In this document: positions 48,135-61,800 of the stretch, piece by piece
How positions within the stretch are numbered: the stretch's first letter is position 1
Layout of the letters: each line of letters starts with the position of its first letter
From: Ramazzottius varieornatus
Taxonomy: Eukaryota > Animalia > Tardigrada
Assembly (NCBI GenBank): GCA_001949185.1
Contig: BDGG01000010.1
Span: 1,063,773 to 1,127,772 of the forward strand
Direction of reading: 5' to 3'
DNA: 64,000 nucleotides
Made by a program: the position numbers and the translations under genes
Notes under the pieces: generated by a model
What the model was told of the DNA's origin: nothing
Database searches by the model: none
What the model saw: only the letters and a program-made list of their open reading frames with translations

Positions 48135-49800
48135 ATGACTGATGTGGACATTACAGTGTGTTCAGATCCGGCCGACTACAGTAAGCAGACACGTTTCGCG
48201 CTTACGCCGCACTGAAAACTGTATTTGGCAGGTAACTTGGGGTGCCGTTACGAAGACAAAGTAGCCCCGGTATAATCGTCATATTTAACAAGTTTTGTAG
48301 ACATTATGAATTCTGCCTGTTGCCCTTCCATGTTGATACGGCAGCCGTAGAGCGTCGGAGGTCCCGATAACTTTGGATATCGATGACCAAAGCACAGCTG
48401 TGTCAGCATAAGGTGTAAATGTCACGACAGGATAAAACCATTCGTCTGTCTTTGCTTGGTCGATGTCAAACGTTGTGCAGTTCAAACAATAGTAAATTGT
48501 GACTTTATCAGGCTTTTAGCAAGGCGCTTTAAAGTGGCTCGTGATACGGTAACACTGCTCCCTTGTCCACGCTTCTGTCCGCTTATCGACAGGAAGCCCT
48601 ATCTAACGTCATAGCTCCAAGTCAAAACACCTTTACGACCTTCCCGCTGTTCTCCGTAAAGCTTGACCTGAAAATAAAATTCAGCTTCATCAGTTTGCTA
48701 ATTTAATTATTGCTTGATGTTTTACAGATGCCGTCATGCGAGGTCCGCAGATGATGGTTCGTCATCCTTTGTCACCAGAAATGGACCCAAAGATGGCCGG
48801 CAAGTTCCTCTTCCCCAACGCAGCGGCCTTCTCTTTGGCACTGCAGCAGCGTCTCTACCCGCCGACCTTCCTTTCGATGGCTTCCTTTGCGTCGATGGCA
48901 TCAGCCGGGACCTTCCTTCAGACTCCGTTCGGACCATACTTCCCTCTCCTTCAAGCACCGCTCTCATCCACAAAGCAGTCCCCTCGGGTCCACGAGAACT
49001 CCAGTCCGAAGGCCCAGTCTTCTTCACCTATCGAACCCGATAGCAAGAAGAAGAAGCTGGACTACTCCCGTCTTGCCGAAGAGATCCTCCGAGAACAGGA
49101 GCATAAGGCCGACGCCGAGAAACTGTACAGGAAGATTGGCATGGACCTTTCCCGGCCTTACTTCCCTTCCTCCTCTCCTCAGAAGTCCTCTCTTCCGCCC
49201 TCAGCCTTCCGCAATCGACCTTCGAGGAACTCGCGACCCAAGAAGCAGTACATCTGCCGGTTCTGCTCTCGTCACTTCACCAAGTCCTACAACTTGATGA
49301 TCCATGAACGCACGCACACGGATGAACGTCCGTTTCAGTGCGAAATATGCGAGAAGCGCTTCCGCCGTCAAGGTAGTTTTACTATTTGACCGAGAAAAAA
49401 TGTGTTAAAGCCTCAAGTCCGGTCTTTACGTATCTATGTTAACTATCTCTTTCTATTTCCAGATCATCTTCGTGACCATAAATTTATCCACTCCAAAGAG
49501 AAACCATATAAATGTGAAGGTAATTTTCTACGATACTTTTACATTTTCTCGCAACGTAATTTACACAGTTCCGTCGGCCGCTCAGCTTACCTGTACATCT
49601 AAGCGTCGACCTACCCGCTTTATCAGTAACTTTATGTTCTTTTAGTGTGCGGGAAGGGTTTCTGCCAGAGCCGGACCTTGGCTGTCCACCGCAGCAGTCA
49701 CGGAGAAGTGACTTCCTCCTCCGCACATTCGCTTAGCCCAAAGCGATCTTCTTCCCCTCCCTCGAGCAACGGCGGCTTAAAGTACCATCGGTGTTTTTGA
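48135..49800 (+). CDS. Odd-skipped family C2H2 zinc-finger transcription factor (odd/sob/bowl/drm, Osr), three fingers
   Basis: Exons 48135-48180 (inferred), 48728-49371, 49463-49519, 49646-49800. [84 protein letters not shown] is diagnostic for the Odd family. Confidence 0.95.
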
Positions 49801-51494
49801 AGAGCGTTTCCTCGGTGAAGTCCAGACTTTTTATTACGGTCGCCTATCAGCGACCCACCGGGAGCTATCACGGCAAAGTATTATTTTCTTGACAAAACTT
49901 ATCTCAAACTTTGCAATCTCTCTTTCTCTTCCACTTGAGTGGTTCGTCAAGTTATCTCTTTTGACATTCATACTCATTTCATCGAAACTGTACAGTTGTG
50001 TTGTTTTAGCGTCATCCTTGTATTACAGTGAACATTTTCTGCTCCATACGGAAACATTCCGATGATGTACAGTTGCATCTTTACTTGAAATTACGGAATT
50101 ATTCCAGTGGAGAACTCTTTGTTTTCCGTTCTCGGAAGCTTTCCTCGTTACGATAAAGAAGTTTGAGCAGATCTGTCTTGACGACGCATCCATTAGTGCC
50201 AAGATTACAAACGCTACTTTTCGATAAGATATCGCAGTGCTGTGTACGTTCATCAGAAGAGTTTGAGAGAAGAGCTTGAGATGTGAGATTAAAAGGTCGA
50301 TCCTGTGTAAACCTCCACGTTTATTGACATAATCAGCCTATCATCCGTGCTTGTTTATCCACAGGTTTTATGCCCGACCGATCTGTCGCACTTACCACCC
50401 GCTCATCTCGATAAAGATTTGAGAGCTTTTGGTCATTCACATCCCCTAAGAACCAGGAAACCATTGCGGTATCAGGAAGGTGCAAATTAGTTCTTTATGA
50501 GTCGCGGGCCACCACACAAAAAGGTTTCAGAAAGAAGTGTTCGTTGATGTCTTGACCACTTGAAGCAGTAAGGTACCGTGATCGGGTCCGCAGCCAAATG
50601 AGTGGATGAGAGATTTCAGTTACAAATACTTGGAATAAATCAAGCTGTCGCGGAAGATGGACTGTCGTCCACCTTTCCAATCGTTTGGTACTGCAGGTGC
50701 GATAATGTACAGTAACATAAAAATTTGATGGTTGGTTGGCGTCAAAGTGAAAGCTTTTGTTTGGCCAAGGACCATCAAATGGAAAGCGAGATGGGACACT
50801 CTTGTCGTCGATAATCGGAAACGAGCACTCAACTTCGCATGGTATGTTTAAAAGACTTCAACCAAGAACTCGACCATAGCCTACAGGGTACTCCACGCAT
50901 CCGCTTACCGCTGGCTCGCACGAAAGTTCATACGGCCATGATATGACTAAGGCGCATCTCCAAAAACGAAATGACTTCGCGCACCATTGTTCAGCGATCG
51001 CCGTTTCAAGAATTTGTTCTTCGAGAATACAACCACGTGGATCTGGTAACGCTCTGAGCTCTTCGGCATGAGAACTACAGTAGTCGGTTTCAGTGTAATA
51101 AAGTTGACAGGATATCGAACAAAAAGATTTTGCCACTAACAAGAAGCTCATCACACGCTCTGAAGTCTCATTTCAGCAAAATAAGGAAGAGTCTACAGAA
51201 GAGCGCGTTTGCTGGTAAGTGGAAAGGTATGTCATAACATAAACCAGCACATATGTCATAAAATGCGCAGGCAGCATAATATTATCATGTAAACGATAAA
51301 ACGATTAACTAGTCTTCCACCTACGTGAAGTAAGATATATGATCCTTATCCACGCAGCGAGAACAGGAGGATGAGTGTGAGAGGCTAATACGTTTCTGTT
51401 CAAGGCTGTTACAGCGACCGAAGACAAGCCCGATGGATCTACAGCGCGCGGCTGAGATCAGTTCGTCCGTGGAGCAGGACATGAAGCTCATTGC

Positions 51495-52052
51495 TCACCG
51501 TCTTCTGTTTTCTCGATCCCTGTCCCGTTCTTTGTCGCCGCCGTCTCCGCGATCCCTGTCCATACGATCACGGTTTCGGTTGTCGCGATCTCGGTCTCTG
51601 TCTCGCGGTCCACCACGCGAGCCATATCCGATAGCCACGTCCAGCACGTCTCCGATCTGAAACCGAGCATCTTCCAAGGTGCGATGCTCTTCGCTTGATC
51701 TTTGTCCGATGAACACTTCCCCCATCCCCCTTGAGCGGTATCCACGCATCTGCGTTTCGGGAAAGAGAATGTTGAAGTCCAGTCGGGTGCCTGGTCGACG
51801 CGCTTCCGGTCGCACTTCACGTATCAGCGTGGCGAGTTCTCTGAGCGAGGCATCCAGCCACGTGTGAATGTGCATCTCTTGCTCCGTCGGAAGCTTCCCA
51901 TTGCCGTATTCGTTAAATCCGAGGTGACGGTTGATGCCAACGAAGACGCGAATGAGGACAGGACAGGTCTTCTCGCGGTCGATGCGATTTCCTCTATCCG
52001 AGATAGGATTCACCGCCGACACTTGTGATTCGATCCGTGGTCCCGAAGACAT
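51495..52052 (-). CDS. SAP18: Sin3-associated polypeptide p18 (ASAP/PSAP complex)
   Basis: IDREKTCPVLIRVF...HTWLDASLRELATLIREVRPEARRPGT.LDF...TLEDARFQIGDVLDVAI; single coding exon; RD-rich tail. Confidence 0.95.
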   Translation of the reverse strand: MSSGPRIESQVSAVNPISDRGNRIDREKTCPVLIRVFVGINRHLGFNEYGNGKLPTEQEMHIHTWLDASLRELATLIREVRPEARRPGTRLDFNILFPETQMRGYRSRGMGEVFIGQRSSEEHRTLEDARFQIGDVLDVAIGYGSRGGPRDRDRDRDNRNRDRMDRDRGDGGDKERDRDRENRRR

Positions 52053-52490
52053 CTTCACCTGTTAACGATCCACCAGCCTGCAAGTAAGGATGTAGCTTGT
52101 TGTCCACCGATCGAGAAACTCTCCTCTGCCCATTCTCAACGTAAAGCGAGCCGGCTAATTAGGTAGAGAGCAATCACTGTATTCAGAATAGCAAAATTTG
52201 ATGGTCTCATGATCGCCCATCATCGTCGTCCGTGCACGTACCTGGGATGCACCTTCTTGACTCTTCGGCTCTTCCGTCTTCTCAACGTCGATCAGGAAAC
52301 CACAGCACCTGCCAATTCGTGATGAATCCTCAACGAAACAGAAGATGGACACGAGCCGAGGTAAACAAATTTAACAAAATCATGTATGATCGACGATCGT
52401 GAAAATCGAACTCAAGTACACTGATGTGCTGCTGAAGCGCGCGTTGCTGGAAGGAAAGAAGGAAGGAAGGACGCTGTTGTGAAGTGTCCT

Positions 52491-52498
52491 TGACGTCA
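52491..52498. promoter_or_regulatory. Perfect CRE palindrome (TGACGTCA) in the divergent SAP18/PDCL3 upstream region
   Basis: TGACGTCA lies between head-to-head housekeeping genes, with a related TGACGTAA at ~52534. Function is unproven. Confidence 0.3.
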
Positions 52499-53155
52499 TG
52501 CGGCAAAGCATAATGCGGGGCAGATTTTCGTCATGACGTAATTATTCTGTAATGTACCAGATTGTTAATCTGACCGAAAAGTAAGATCATTCAATCCACC
52601 TCCACCGCAGCGTGGGTATGAAAAAGAAACAAAACTACACTTCGATTGATTGACTACACCTGGTGGCTCAATATTTGAAAAAGAACTTCTACCGGGATCC
52701 GATGCCAAGGTTTCCTATATACGAGACCTGGCTCCGGTAAATTTGTTGCCTACCATTTTAGTTTTGCGCGTTTTGGCTTGCTATGCTCCGACAGACGCGC
52801 GCTTTAGCAGCACATCTGTGCTCAAGTATTTTTCACAGATTTCCAAACACGTCACGGCCAGCTATTTTTTGACTGTCGGCAAATTTCACAACCGTTGAGT
52901 GTCAGCTGTTCAACATATGGGTTCAAATCAATTGTTGGCGTTCCTTGTGTGACGGCATGTTGGTCATCCCTGCTGTGTTTCTCCGATATTTCTTATCCAT
53001 TTGTTCCATTTGTTTTGCCCATATACGGCGAGAACCGAGAGGTGATTACGGCTGGCTTCCTCTGGTATCCTCAAAGGCTCGGACAGAATCCGTCGTCGTC
53101 GTTTATCATTCAGCCAAACTTCCGGAACAAGGGAGAGCAGCAGTGACCCGTTATC

Positions 53156-54377
53156 ATGCAAGTGAGTAGAAGTGTACTCATCATGATGCCGTGCAAATCG
53201 AGATGCCTCAGCGCAAGCAGCTGTCTATCAAGTCTATTAACTTAAGTCAGCGAGACGCCGAGGATTCATTGTTGTTCTTTGTCCAGGATCCGTATCAAGA
53301 CACCGAATGGAATGATGCTCTACGAAAGGCCGGAATACTTCCACCGAAGGAGGATCCTCGAAAGGACGAGCCAGAGCCAGAGCCCGTTTCTCTAACTTTG
53401 ACGAAAGGTTGGTCGTCGTGATACTGTGTATATACGGCCACTGATACGGGTGCATATGCAGCTGTTGCAGGGGAAATGACATCAGACGATGATGCTTTCT
53501 TGATCTTGCAGATGGAACGAAGGACTTCGCCACCATGTCTCTTGACGAACTGGACGATTTCGAAGATGACGATCCAGAGATCTTCGAAGAATACAAGTGA
53601 GCTATGCGAACAAGACCTTCCGTTATCATGAACCGGAAGCTGCATAGAACGGAAGCGCTGACTAACTGTGAATTTTGTCTGCCTCTTGTAGGAGAAGGAG
53701 AATCGCCGAAATGAAAGAAGCGGCTTCGATGCGGAAGTTTGGGGACGTTACGGAAATCTCCGGGGTTGATTTCGTGCAAGAAGTTAATAAAGCTGGAGAG
53801 GGTATTTGGGTGGTTCTTCATCTCTACAAACAAGGGTAAGAAAGTGTGCGAGCTCTCCGACGGCCGTAGTTAAGTTTGTAAGGCCCTTCTTTCACACGGT
53901 GTTTGGACATGAAAACCTTCCGTTGCAGAATTCCGCTTTGCGCACTGATCAACAGACATCTCACCGGTCTTGCCTACAAGTTCCCCCATGTGAAGTTCCT
54001 CAAGAGCATTGCAACAACCTGCGTTCCGAACTTTCCGGATTCCAGCTTACCCGCTATCTTCCTTTACTACGAAGGAGACTTGAGAAGACAGCTCGTTGGT
54101 GCCTTAGAGTTCGGTGGAATGAACTTATCCCAAGATGGTAAATCTTCCTGACCGAAACGACACAAACACATACTACAGTCAAATATTTGCGCCTGATTAT
54201 ATCTAAGACGATCATATGATAAACTCGAGCATCTGTTTCATAGGATTAGAATGGATGCTGGCTCAAGAGAAAGTGTTGCAGACTTCTCTAACGGAAGACC
54301 CTCGAGTGTCGGGAAACAGGACCAATATCAGTACTGTACGTGGCCGTGCAAGGCAGGAGGACTCCGATTCGGACTAA
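53156..54377 (+). CDS. PDCL3: Phosducin-like protein 3 / viral IAP-associated factor (CCT co-chaperone)
   Basis: Six exons: MQ|[22 protein letters not shown]...LDELDDFED...RRIAEMKE...[33 protein letters not shown]|[44 protein letters not shown]...LEWML...EDSDSD*. Confidence 0.95.
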
Positions 54378-55890
54378 AGGGCTGTGGAATTGATTTTTCT
54401 TCTCGTTGTTTTGACGTTTGTTGTTTGTATCGTTTGTACTTGTGTGCGTTGTGTCACTTGTCTGTTTTTACTCAATCACACAAGGTCCAGCCAGCGTTGC
54501 TCTTCCCGATTTTGTACCTGCTGGCTGTTTGGGGGACCTTTTTGTCGCTTTTTACTGTACTTTTTACTTTTTATTCTTGCTCTGTATTGATAGCATCGTG
54601 TTTTACGGTTGTGCGGATCGGCGAGGGCAGAATTTAGTTTGGTCGTGTCGAAAGCTCGAAGCACAGTATTCACACTGTCGTGTCGAAACGCTGGAGTACA
54701 GTAGACTGGAACCATGCTAAAACTAAGAACTGAACAAAAATACTCGTCTGATGGGAACATAGAGAGGCTTCGATTATAGTATGGCGTGCGTTGGATAACA
54801 CTACGAGTACTCGTATGGATTAATAGTGGTAGTTCGTAACTGAGACTGCGAAAGATGCGGTAATTTCGATAATGTTTGCACACGCCGGATATCGTGAGCC
54901 GAAAACGTATTCGGAGACTCCCAACTCTTCGGATCGGAAATGTTCAAGCCGAAATTTTTGCCATTATCGTCGAATGCCGTTGAGAACTGTTCCGGCCGTA
55001 TCGTGGATCAGGATCAGAGCGTCCCCTTTGGTGGGCAAACGCGAAAACAAGAACGCGACATGAGAGCTTTGATCCTTGTTGAATTTGTTCATCATTTTGA
55101 GATCTTTGTTCGGTAAAACCTAGATATACTGTTACGACAGTCGATAGATGGGTGTCCGACACGGGAAGGTTCCAGAAGCTACGAGATGTTTCCGGACAGA
55201 ATTTGTCTGGCCTGATCCCTATCGAGTTCACGTTTGTCCAAATTTCAAACTGAAGCGCTTGAGTTCGAAATTAATAAGACAACCGAGTGCTTCATCTGCC
55301 CTTAATCTTCGCGGAACTTCGGATAAAAAATTGTCGCCGAACTCGGGTTGAGGGCTTCTGGCTTGAACCTCGAATACGTTAGCCATTTCTTCCGCCGTGA
55401 CACATGATCGTCAGGAAAGATGCAAAGAAGAGCGCTGAGTGATTACATTGACATTTTGGCGGAAAAACTAATGGTACTCGTGGATAGAAGAGTGGGTAAT
55501 CTGCCGGGTATCGACAACGATGGGGCCTAATACCTGTGATGGCGACCAACACATTTGATTGTAAACCATTCTGATTCAGCGTAACGTTTATTTGGTTGAT
55601 TGATTGGTAACATCGATGTCAGTCTGAGCAGTGATAAGCACCATGTACTGTACCTGTCCAGTTAACTCGTCTCAACGGGTCAAAATCTCTTTTTTGGTCA
55701 TCTACAGTACTTTTCATTTTTCTTTGATCGATTAGGCTGAATGAGCTTTCCCACTGGACGAAGTCTCCGGTGTCTGATAGCTAATCAATACCTCGCTTCA
55801 GGGAGCTTTCTGCCGTGATACATAGTGGGAACATCCTTATGTGCGTGTGTTTTGTTCACAGGTGAAACATGATCTAGCGGAAGAATCACG

Positions 55891-58800
55891 ATGGCTCATC
55901 TTGTAGGTGGAGGCGACAGTGTGGACGTCAACGGCGGAGCTCGCAGTGCATCTCCTAAACGTCCGGAATACTCCAGTCATCATCAAGATTTCTCCCCGTC
56001 GAAGATCGAAGAAAGCGCCGTCGCTGAAGAAAGCTTCACCGCGAGACATACAGACTTACTTCTTGTACCGGATGGACCGTATAAGGAGCCATTCGTCCTG
56101 TCCACCTTTCCTTGGATCGCAATTTCCCGTTTCGAAAGCCAGCTACTATCCGACTGTGCTCAGAAATTATCCTCGGACGACGCACGTGATGCAGAAGAAG
56201 CGTGCTACCAGTTACTCGATGTTTTCCTGTATGATTTCCCTGCTGAGGTATTCCTCCAACGTCCAGCTATCCTCCAGGGATTGCTCGGCTTGCTGGACTC
56301 CAAAACGACTTCGCTTGCGGCCTTGGCCATCTCCTGCCTAGTACAGCTGACGCACAACTGTTCCGTGAGGTTTTACAAGATCTCGACGTCGACGGGTGAA
56401 GGAGTTGCTTCTCAACTTCATGCCTTTGCAGCCGGTGACTGCAGCATGTCCGTACCGGAAGTGCAGTCTTTCCCCAGTTCCTCCATTGCCTCCATCCTGT
56501 CAGGTCGGAATTCCCTGCTTAGAAATGGTCGGAGGGATTCAACGTCGCGGCTGTCAGTTTCCAGGTTAGTGATCGATCAGATTCCACCGATGTTTCTGCT
56601 CGACGATAGTTCTTTGGTCATCCAATGCGGATAATGTTTACTCCCGCATGACGTCACAGTAGTCAAGTTACTCAATTTAGAAAACGCTTCGGTCCGCCTT
56701 ATGATTGAACGTCATAGCGTAAGTTAATACGCAAATTCGTATTAGCTTGGCCGTGCTGTATTTCAGTCAGCTGGCGTCGTTGGCGGAAACAATCGAACTG
56801 GATTCACCAGAAGAGAGCCTCAAGCTTCAACTCCGTCAGATTCCTCTGCCAGTATTCCTCTGTGCTGTGATCGATGTGTGCCTGAACGCGTTAGGCGAAG
56901 ACCTGCCTTATGGACTATCCCAACCGCTGCACCTTCTGGACCTGGCAGCACGACTACAGTGCTGCGTGGTCAACCCGACGATGTGGTCTGCCGACTCCCC
57001 GGAAGCCAGAAAGATGGCCGAGAACCTCCTACATTCTCTCCATGCTACCGGCAACAGGGTCCTGTTCCACGCTAAACGAAGCGAGCGCGTGCTGCATGAG
57101 GCAAAAACCTCCCGGCTGGTCTACGTTGGCCTGTGTAAGATCGTGTACATATTCACAGGTCTGATACCTGTTGCACAGCACCAACACATCCCGGCACCCC
57201 TTCGAGCCTGTCTTCCGTGGATATGTCAAGATGAATCGCTCGCTCTGTGCTTTCCTGCCATACGCGAAAGACTTCTACCATATCTAAAGGTTATTAAACA
57301 GAATTCATTCAAAATGAAAGTTATATTGTACGGTTGTTCTAGGTTTGTAACCCTACCGGTTACGAAGCATTCAAAGAAGCCAGAGACATTTGCAGTGCAT
57401 TCAGCAGCACCTGCATCTTCATCAGCGACTCTTCGGACTTTTCCTCGCAAAGTTACCAAGCTGATGCAGAAAGAGCGATGAACGCTCTGCCTTCCCTAGT
57501 CTACCATCAGAGCCCACTCTTCCTCCAGCGGTGCTTTCGTCTGTGCTCCGAAGCACTAGCCAAGAGTTCGGACTGCTCCAAAGTCATCACGAAGCTCCTG
57601 GTTCGTCTGCTGTCGTACACTAACCCTGGCGTACAGAAGCAGGTTTACGACGAGCTCTTCAAGTTCGTCGCAGACATCCTCAACGTCCGCAATGCCGCGG
57701 ACCCGAAGCAAACGCCGGGCGCCAATGTGGTCTTTCTCTTGAATACGCAAGTGATGAGGGAAATCGTCCTGTATGGAATGTTCCAACCGGATACCAGAGC
57801 GTTTGCGCAGAATATCCTTTCGCTGCTTAGTCAGAAGTTCTTGATCAATAACGCTACAGTATGGAATCGACTGAAAACGGTGATCAGGTACTAACTGCCC
57901 CGTTCTATTTCCATGGTCTTCCTGTAATTTAATTATATCGTTTTTTTGTTTAGGTCTTCGATAAGCGGAGTCTTCATGCATGCAGATTTAGGTATTGTAA
58001 GTTTCTATACACGAAGACTGTACTTACTTATTTGGCACGTTAGCAGACAAACTTGACAAGATCATTCCCCAATTGGCGCACGACTTAAGTTCACGACACT
58101 GAAAACTTGCGTCAATTGGGAAAACAGTTTTGCTGAGTTTGTTTCTGTTTTCCCTTTTGCGTGAATTTCCTTGCGAGTGGAACACTATACTGATTTGTTC
58201 CGCCTTGTTTTTATTTTAGAGACGGATTTTGGGCGAAGGGTTCTGAGCTGGAGTCAAGACCAAGAAGAAGAAAACGCCCTCTTCGACGGAACCTCTCGCT
58301 ACAGGGCAGCCTTCATCCTCCTGTACCACCAGAACCGCCTAGTTCGTGGTCACGCTTCCAATCTTATCCATCAAAGGATAGGGGAAGTGCGCTTACATGG
58401 CGATACACTCATCCCGGAAAGCCAGTATGTCTTCGACATGGATGGCGACCCAGAACCGTTCTCTATTGACAGCTTAGAAAGAGGTTTGCGGGTGTGGCAG
58501 GATAGCAGACTGGACATCAACGTCCGCTGGACTGCACTCTGGCAGATGCACTCACACCTGCGAAGACCGGCAGCACAAGAAAGCTTCGTTCGACTGAATG
58601 GCCCACAGAGTCTGCTGGGAATGCTGAAGCTGATCGTGGACGGAACAGAGCAGAACTGGAGCGCGGAGAACTTAGCGTTGCTGTTCGAGTGTATCCTAGC
58701 TGTGATTCACAACAACGACAGTAAGCCCAGTTCTACGATTTACCAGTTTCTATAAGTTGACTTTCGAAGAAGTTTCTTGTTGAAATCCAAATTTAGAAGA

Positions 58801-61800
58801 TCGGCTATGAAAAACACGCCCATATTGCAAACGCTTGCATACGAAGACCCCACAGTAAAGTTGCCGTCCGTAGTATGCAGGTACTCAAAGTGAGCGTATT
58901 TCAAGCCTTTCGCATGTGAGTCGGCAATTCAGTAAAATGGCTTTTGCAGAGTGGAGGTTGGAAAATGCTCAGCAGATGAGTGTCTATGAGAACGTTATTA
59001 TTGCACTCTCGCTGATTCCAACGGGCAGTGCCTTGTGGAACAAGATTCAGTCAAAAGGATCGACCATTATCTTTCTCCTATCTTTCGACGATGCGCTTAT
59101 GCGCAAAGAAGGACAATTGTCCATCTGCTGTACATTCTACCGACTGGTCATGTTCCCTTGCAGCATGATGTTCCACGACTTCAACAAGAAAACCTCGAAA
59201 GCGGCCAACTGCGACCTGCTTCGCTCACCGGTTGCTGAGATGCTGGTCACACACTGGAACGTCGCGCTGGCTGGCGGAGTAACGAAGTTGGTCGGCGATG
59301 ACAAATCGGAGTGGATGGGCGACTTCGCTGCCAGATTGATTATGGATGATCGAGCTAAAACCATGCTAAGGTGAACAAACCGGACCTAGCCAACCTTACT
59401 CGCTAAGATCGTTTTTCCAAGTGGCGCACGCTTTCAGCCACTAACACTGGAAACGTGCGCCTCCTACAAAAAGATCTTGTCGAATTTTTTTGCCGAGCAC
59501 CCGAAGATCGAATATCACTTCTTATGCGTTATAATATGACCGTCGTAGAATGTGTCATCCCCGCTTCGGTTTCACCGATACACTCTACGTTCTCGAGAAC
59601 GCCAAAAGCCACAGCGAAGCTATGCAATCTGTCGACACGATATCTGTCTACGTGATGCTCTTCGCCTTTCTCCACAAAGAAGACAGGAATGAGATTCCAC
59701 ATGGCGTCGAAAGCGCCTTCCGGTACGTCACAGTCCTTCCACACAACTCTTCCGATCTCAACCTCCTTCGCTCCATCGCCAAGTTCGTGCAGCTCGTTGT
59801 CGACAAAGAAGACACTGCCATCTCTGACCACAGTTCTTCCGTTCATTGGATTCACGGTCTACTCTTCGACCAACGCAGTCTCTTCGTGGAGGCTGTCCGG
59901 AAAGCCAACAGGGAACTGTCGTTGCTGGCGAATGGCAAAGCGTCGCTGAGGGTCGCTTACATATCGGCCTGCAAGTCCTTCGCTTCGACGGCGTGGTCGT
60001 TGTTTCACAGTGTGCCGAAAGTGCTCGGGTCTTCGGAAGAACAGTGGGATGTGGTCGAGCTTCTCGATCTGTTCATGGAGTCGCTGAGGAATGCGGTGAC
60101 GCTTCCGTTTTTAGATTTAGGTGCGCTGGGAATGGTTTGTCGCTGCTTGGCACAGTTTTGTGGTCTGGCGTCGGTAAGTAGGTACGTCTACCTCTGCCTA
60201 GTTTCTCTTCCTGAATTCTTCAGAAAGTTTCTTTGAGCAGAACATTCTTCTCGAATATTCTTTCTTATTGAATCTTCGATAGAAAATTGGTCATAGTTTC
60301 ATTAGACTAATTCTTTGATAATTTCTCAGCTAGTTATCATGGTTGTACTGTTCGACGAGTTCGAGTGAAACGTTAAGTTTTTCTGTTCTGCAGGTGGCCA
60401 AATTGCCAGAGACGATCGCTTTTGTTCCCCTGCTGATCACCACCATCATGTTCGTCTTCAGCCAACAGCAGAGCATCGCCTGGTCCTTCTCAGGTCGCGG
60501 AGTGGTCCAGTCCGCCTCCCTTGCCTTGGCGGAGCTGGTGACGTTCCAAGTGGAGAACCACCTCTTTCCGGCCATGCTGGAGTCTTGGAAGAACGAGAAC
60601 GGCGACTTGGGCTGGCTGCTCCCGTTGTGGGCGCATCGGGATCCCGTCGTGAGATCGTGCAGTCTGAGCACGGCGACTGCGCTGAGCCAGACTAAAGAAG
60701 GTCGATCGCTCATCATCCAGTGCTTCGCTTTCGTTCCTGGTGGAGTATGGAACGCCGTGCTGAGCTTCCTGTTCAACCCAGAGGAACCGGATGCTGTCAA
60801 GTTCAACGCTGTCAATCTTCTCGCGGCAATGCTACAGGTGCATCGAATATTTCAAGAGGGACGTTTAATCCTTCAAATGTTTTATTCTAATATTTTTTCA
60901 ACCACCAAGCCAAACTGGCAGGTTGGCTTTGAACAGTGAAAGAGGTTGACATGAACGCATACTCTGACCCATACGGTTGTCGTGGGTCGACGTATGCAGG
61001 TACGTGCAAGGTGGGCATAGTCTGCTTGCCGATCAATCGTACTCATCTGTAGCGTGCGGTTCCTCGTGAAGCGGATACTCTGCAAACTTTTAACCGGTTT
61101 ATTTGTTGTTTTCGTAGTCTGATTTGAAGAAGACCGACTTGGTTCTGAGGGACGAGCTAAATGGCAAGCAGTTGGAAGGAACGGAAGCCTTGGCGGCCAT
61201 GTTGGAGCAACTCGGCTTCTACCGTGCCGTGTTCCAGATTTGCCAAAGCTTTGACGGGTCACATGCAGTTCGGCCTCCCTCAGAATACCTTCTGGGTTCC
61301 GTCTTTCGACTGTGCGCTGCATTGGTCCGGCTCGTCGGCAAAAGAGCGGTAGCCAGCCTGAAAGCGCTCAAGTTCTTCCACGCAGCCATGCACGTGTGCT
61401 TCCTAGTCAAGAGCTTCGTCCAACAAAGCCCGAAACTTGCGGACCGTCTGCAAATGTTCTCAGACTTGTTCGCAATGTTAGGCTATGCCTTGCAGACAGA
61501 CGAGACAATGGCCGAAATCATTTCTTACAGTAAGCAAAGAGACTGTAGTATACTGCTGTAAATTACTAAGACATCAGTGCAACAACCTGCATACGCATGC
61601 TCACTATGTGTGTAAGGCCAGATGTATACACGCTCATGACGAATGGCGCCAGCTTCGGGGTTTCTCAACTTTAGTGTACTCTAGTCCCTTTTGTTGAATA
61701 ACCGGGACAACGATGAAGTGATTGGTCGAGACTTTGCTTGAAATTTAGAGACACTATTTGAACTCTTTTGTTTTCTGTTTAGATATGTACGCGGTTGGGG

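Noticed and set aside
54251-54883. Hydrophobic/Cys-rich ORFs that look like small membrane proteins
   Set aside because: They lie in the T/G-rich PDCL3 3'UTR, and base composition explains the translation.
54904-55380. Short inverted words (aacgtattcg/cgaatacgtt; gttcaagcc/ggcttgaac) suggesting a MITE
   Set aside because: The matches are only 9-10 bp, unevenly spaced, and have no TSD.
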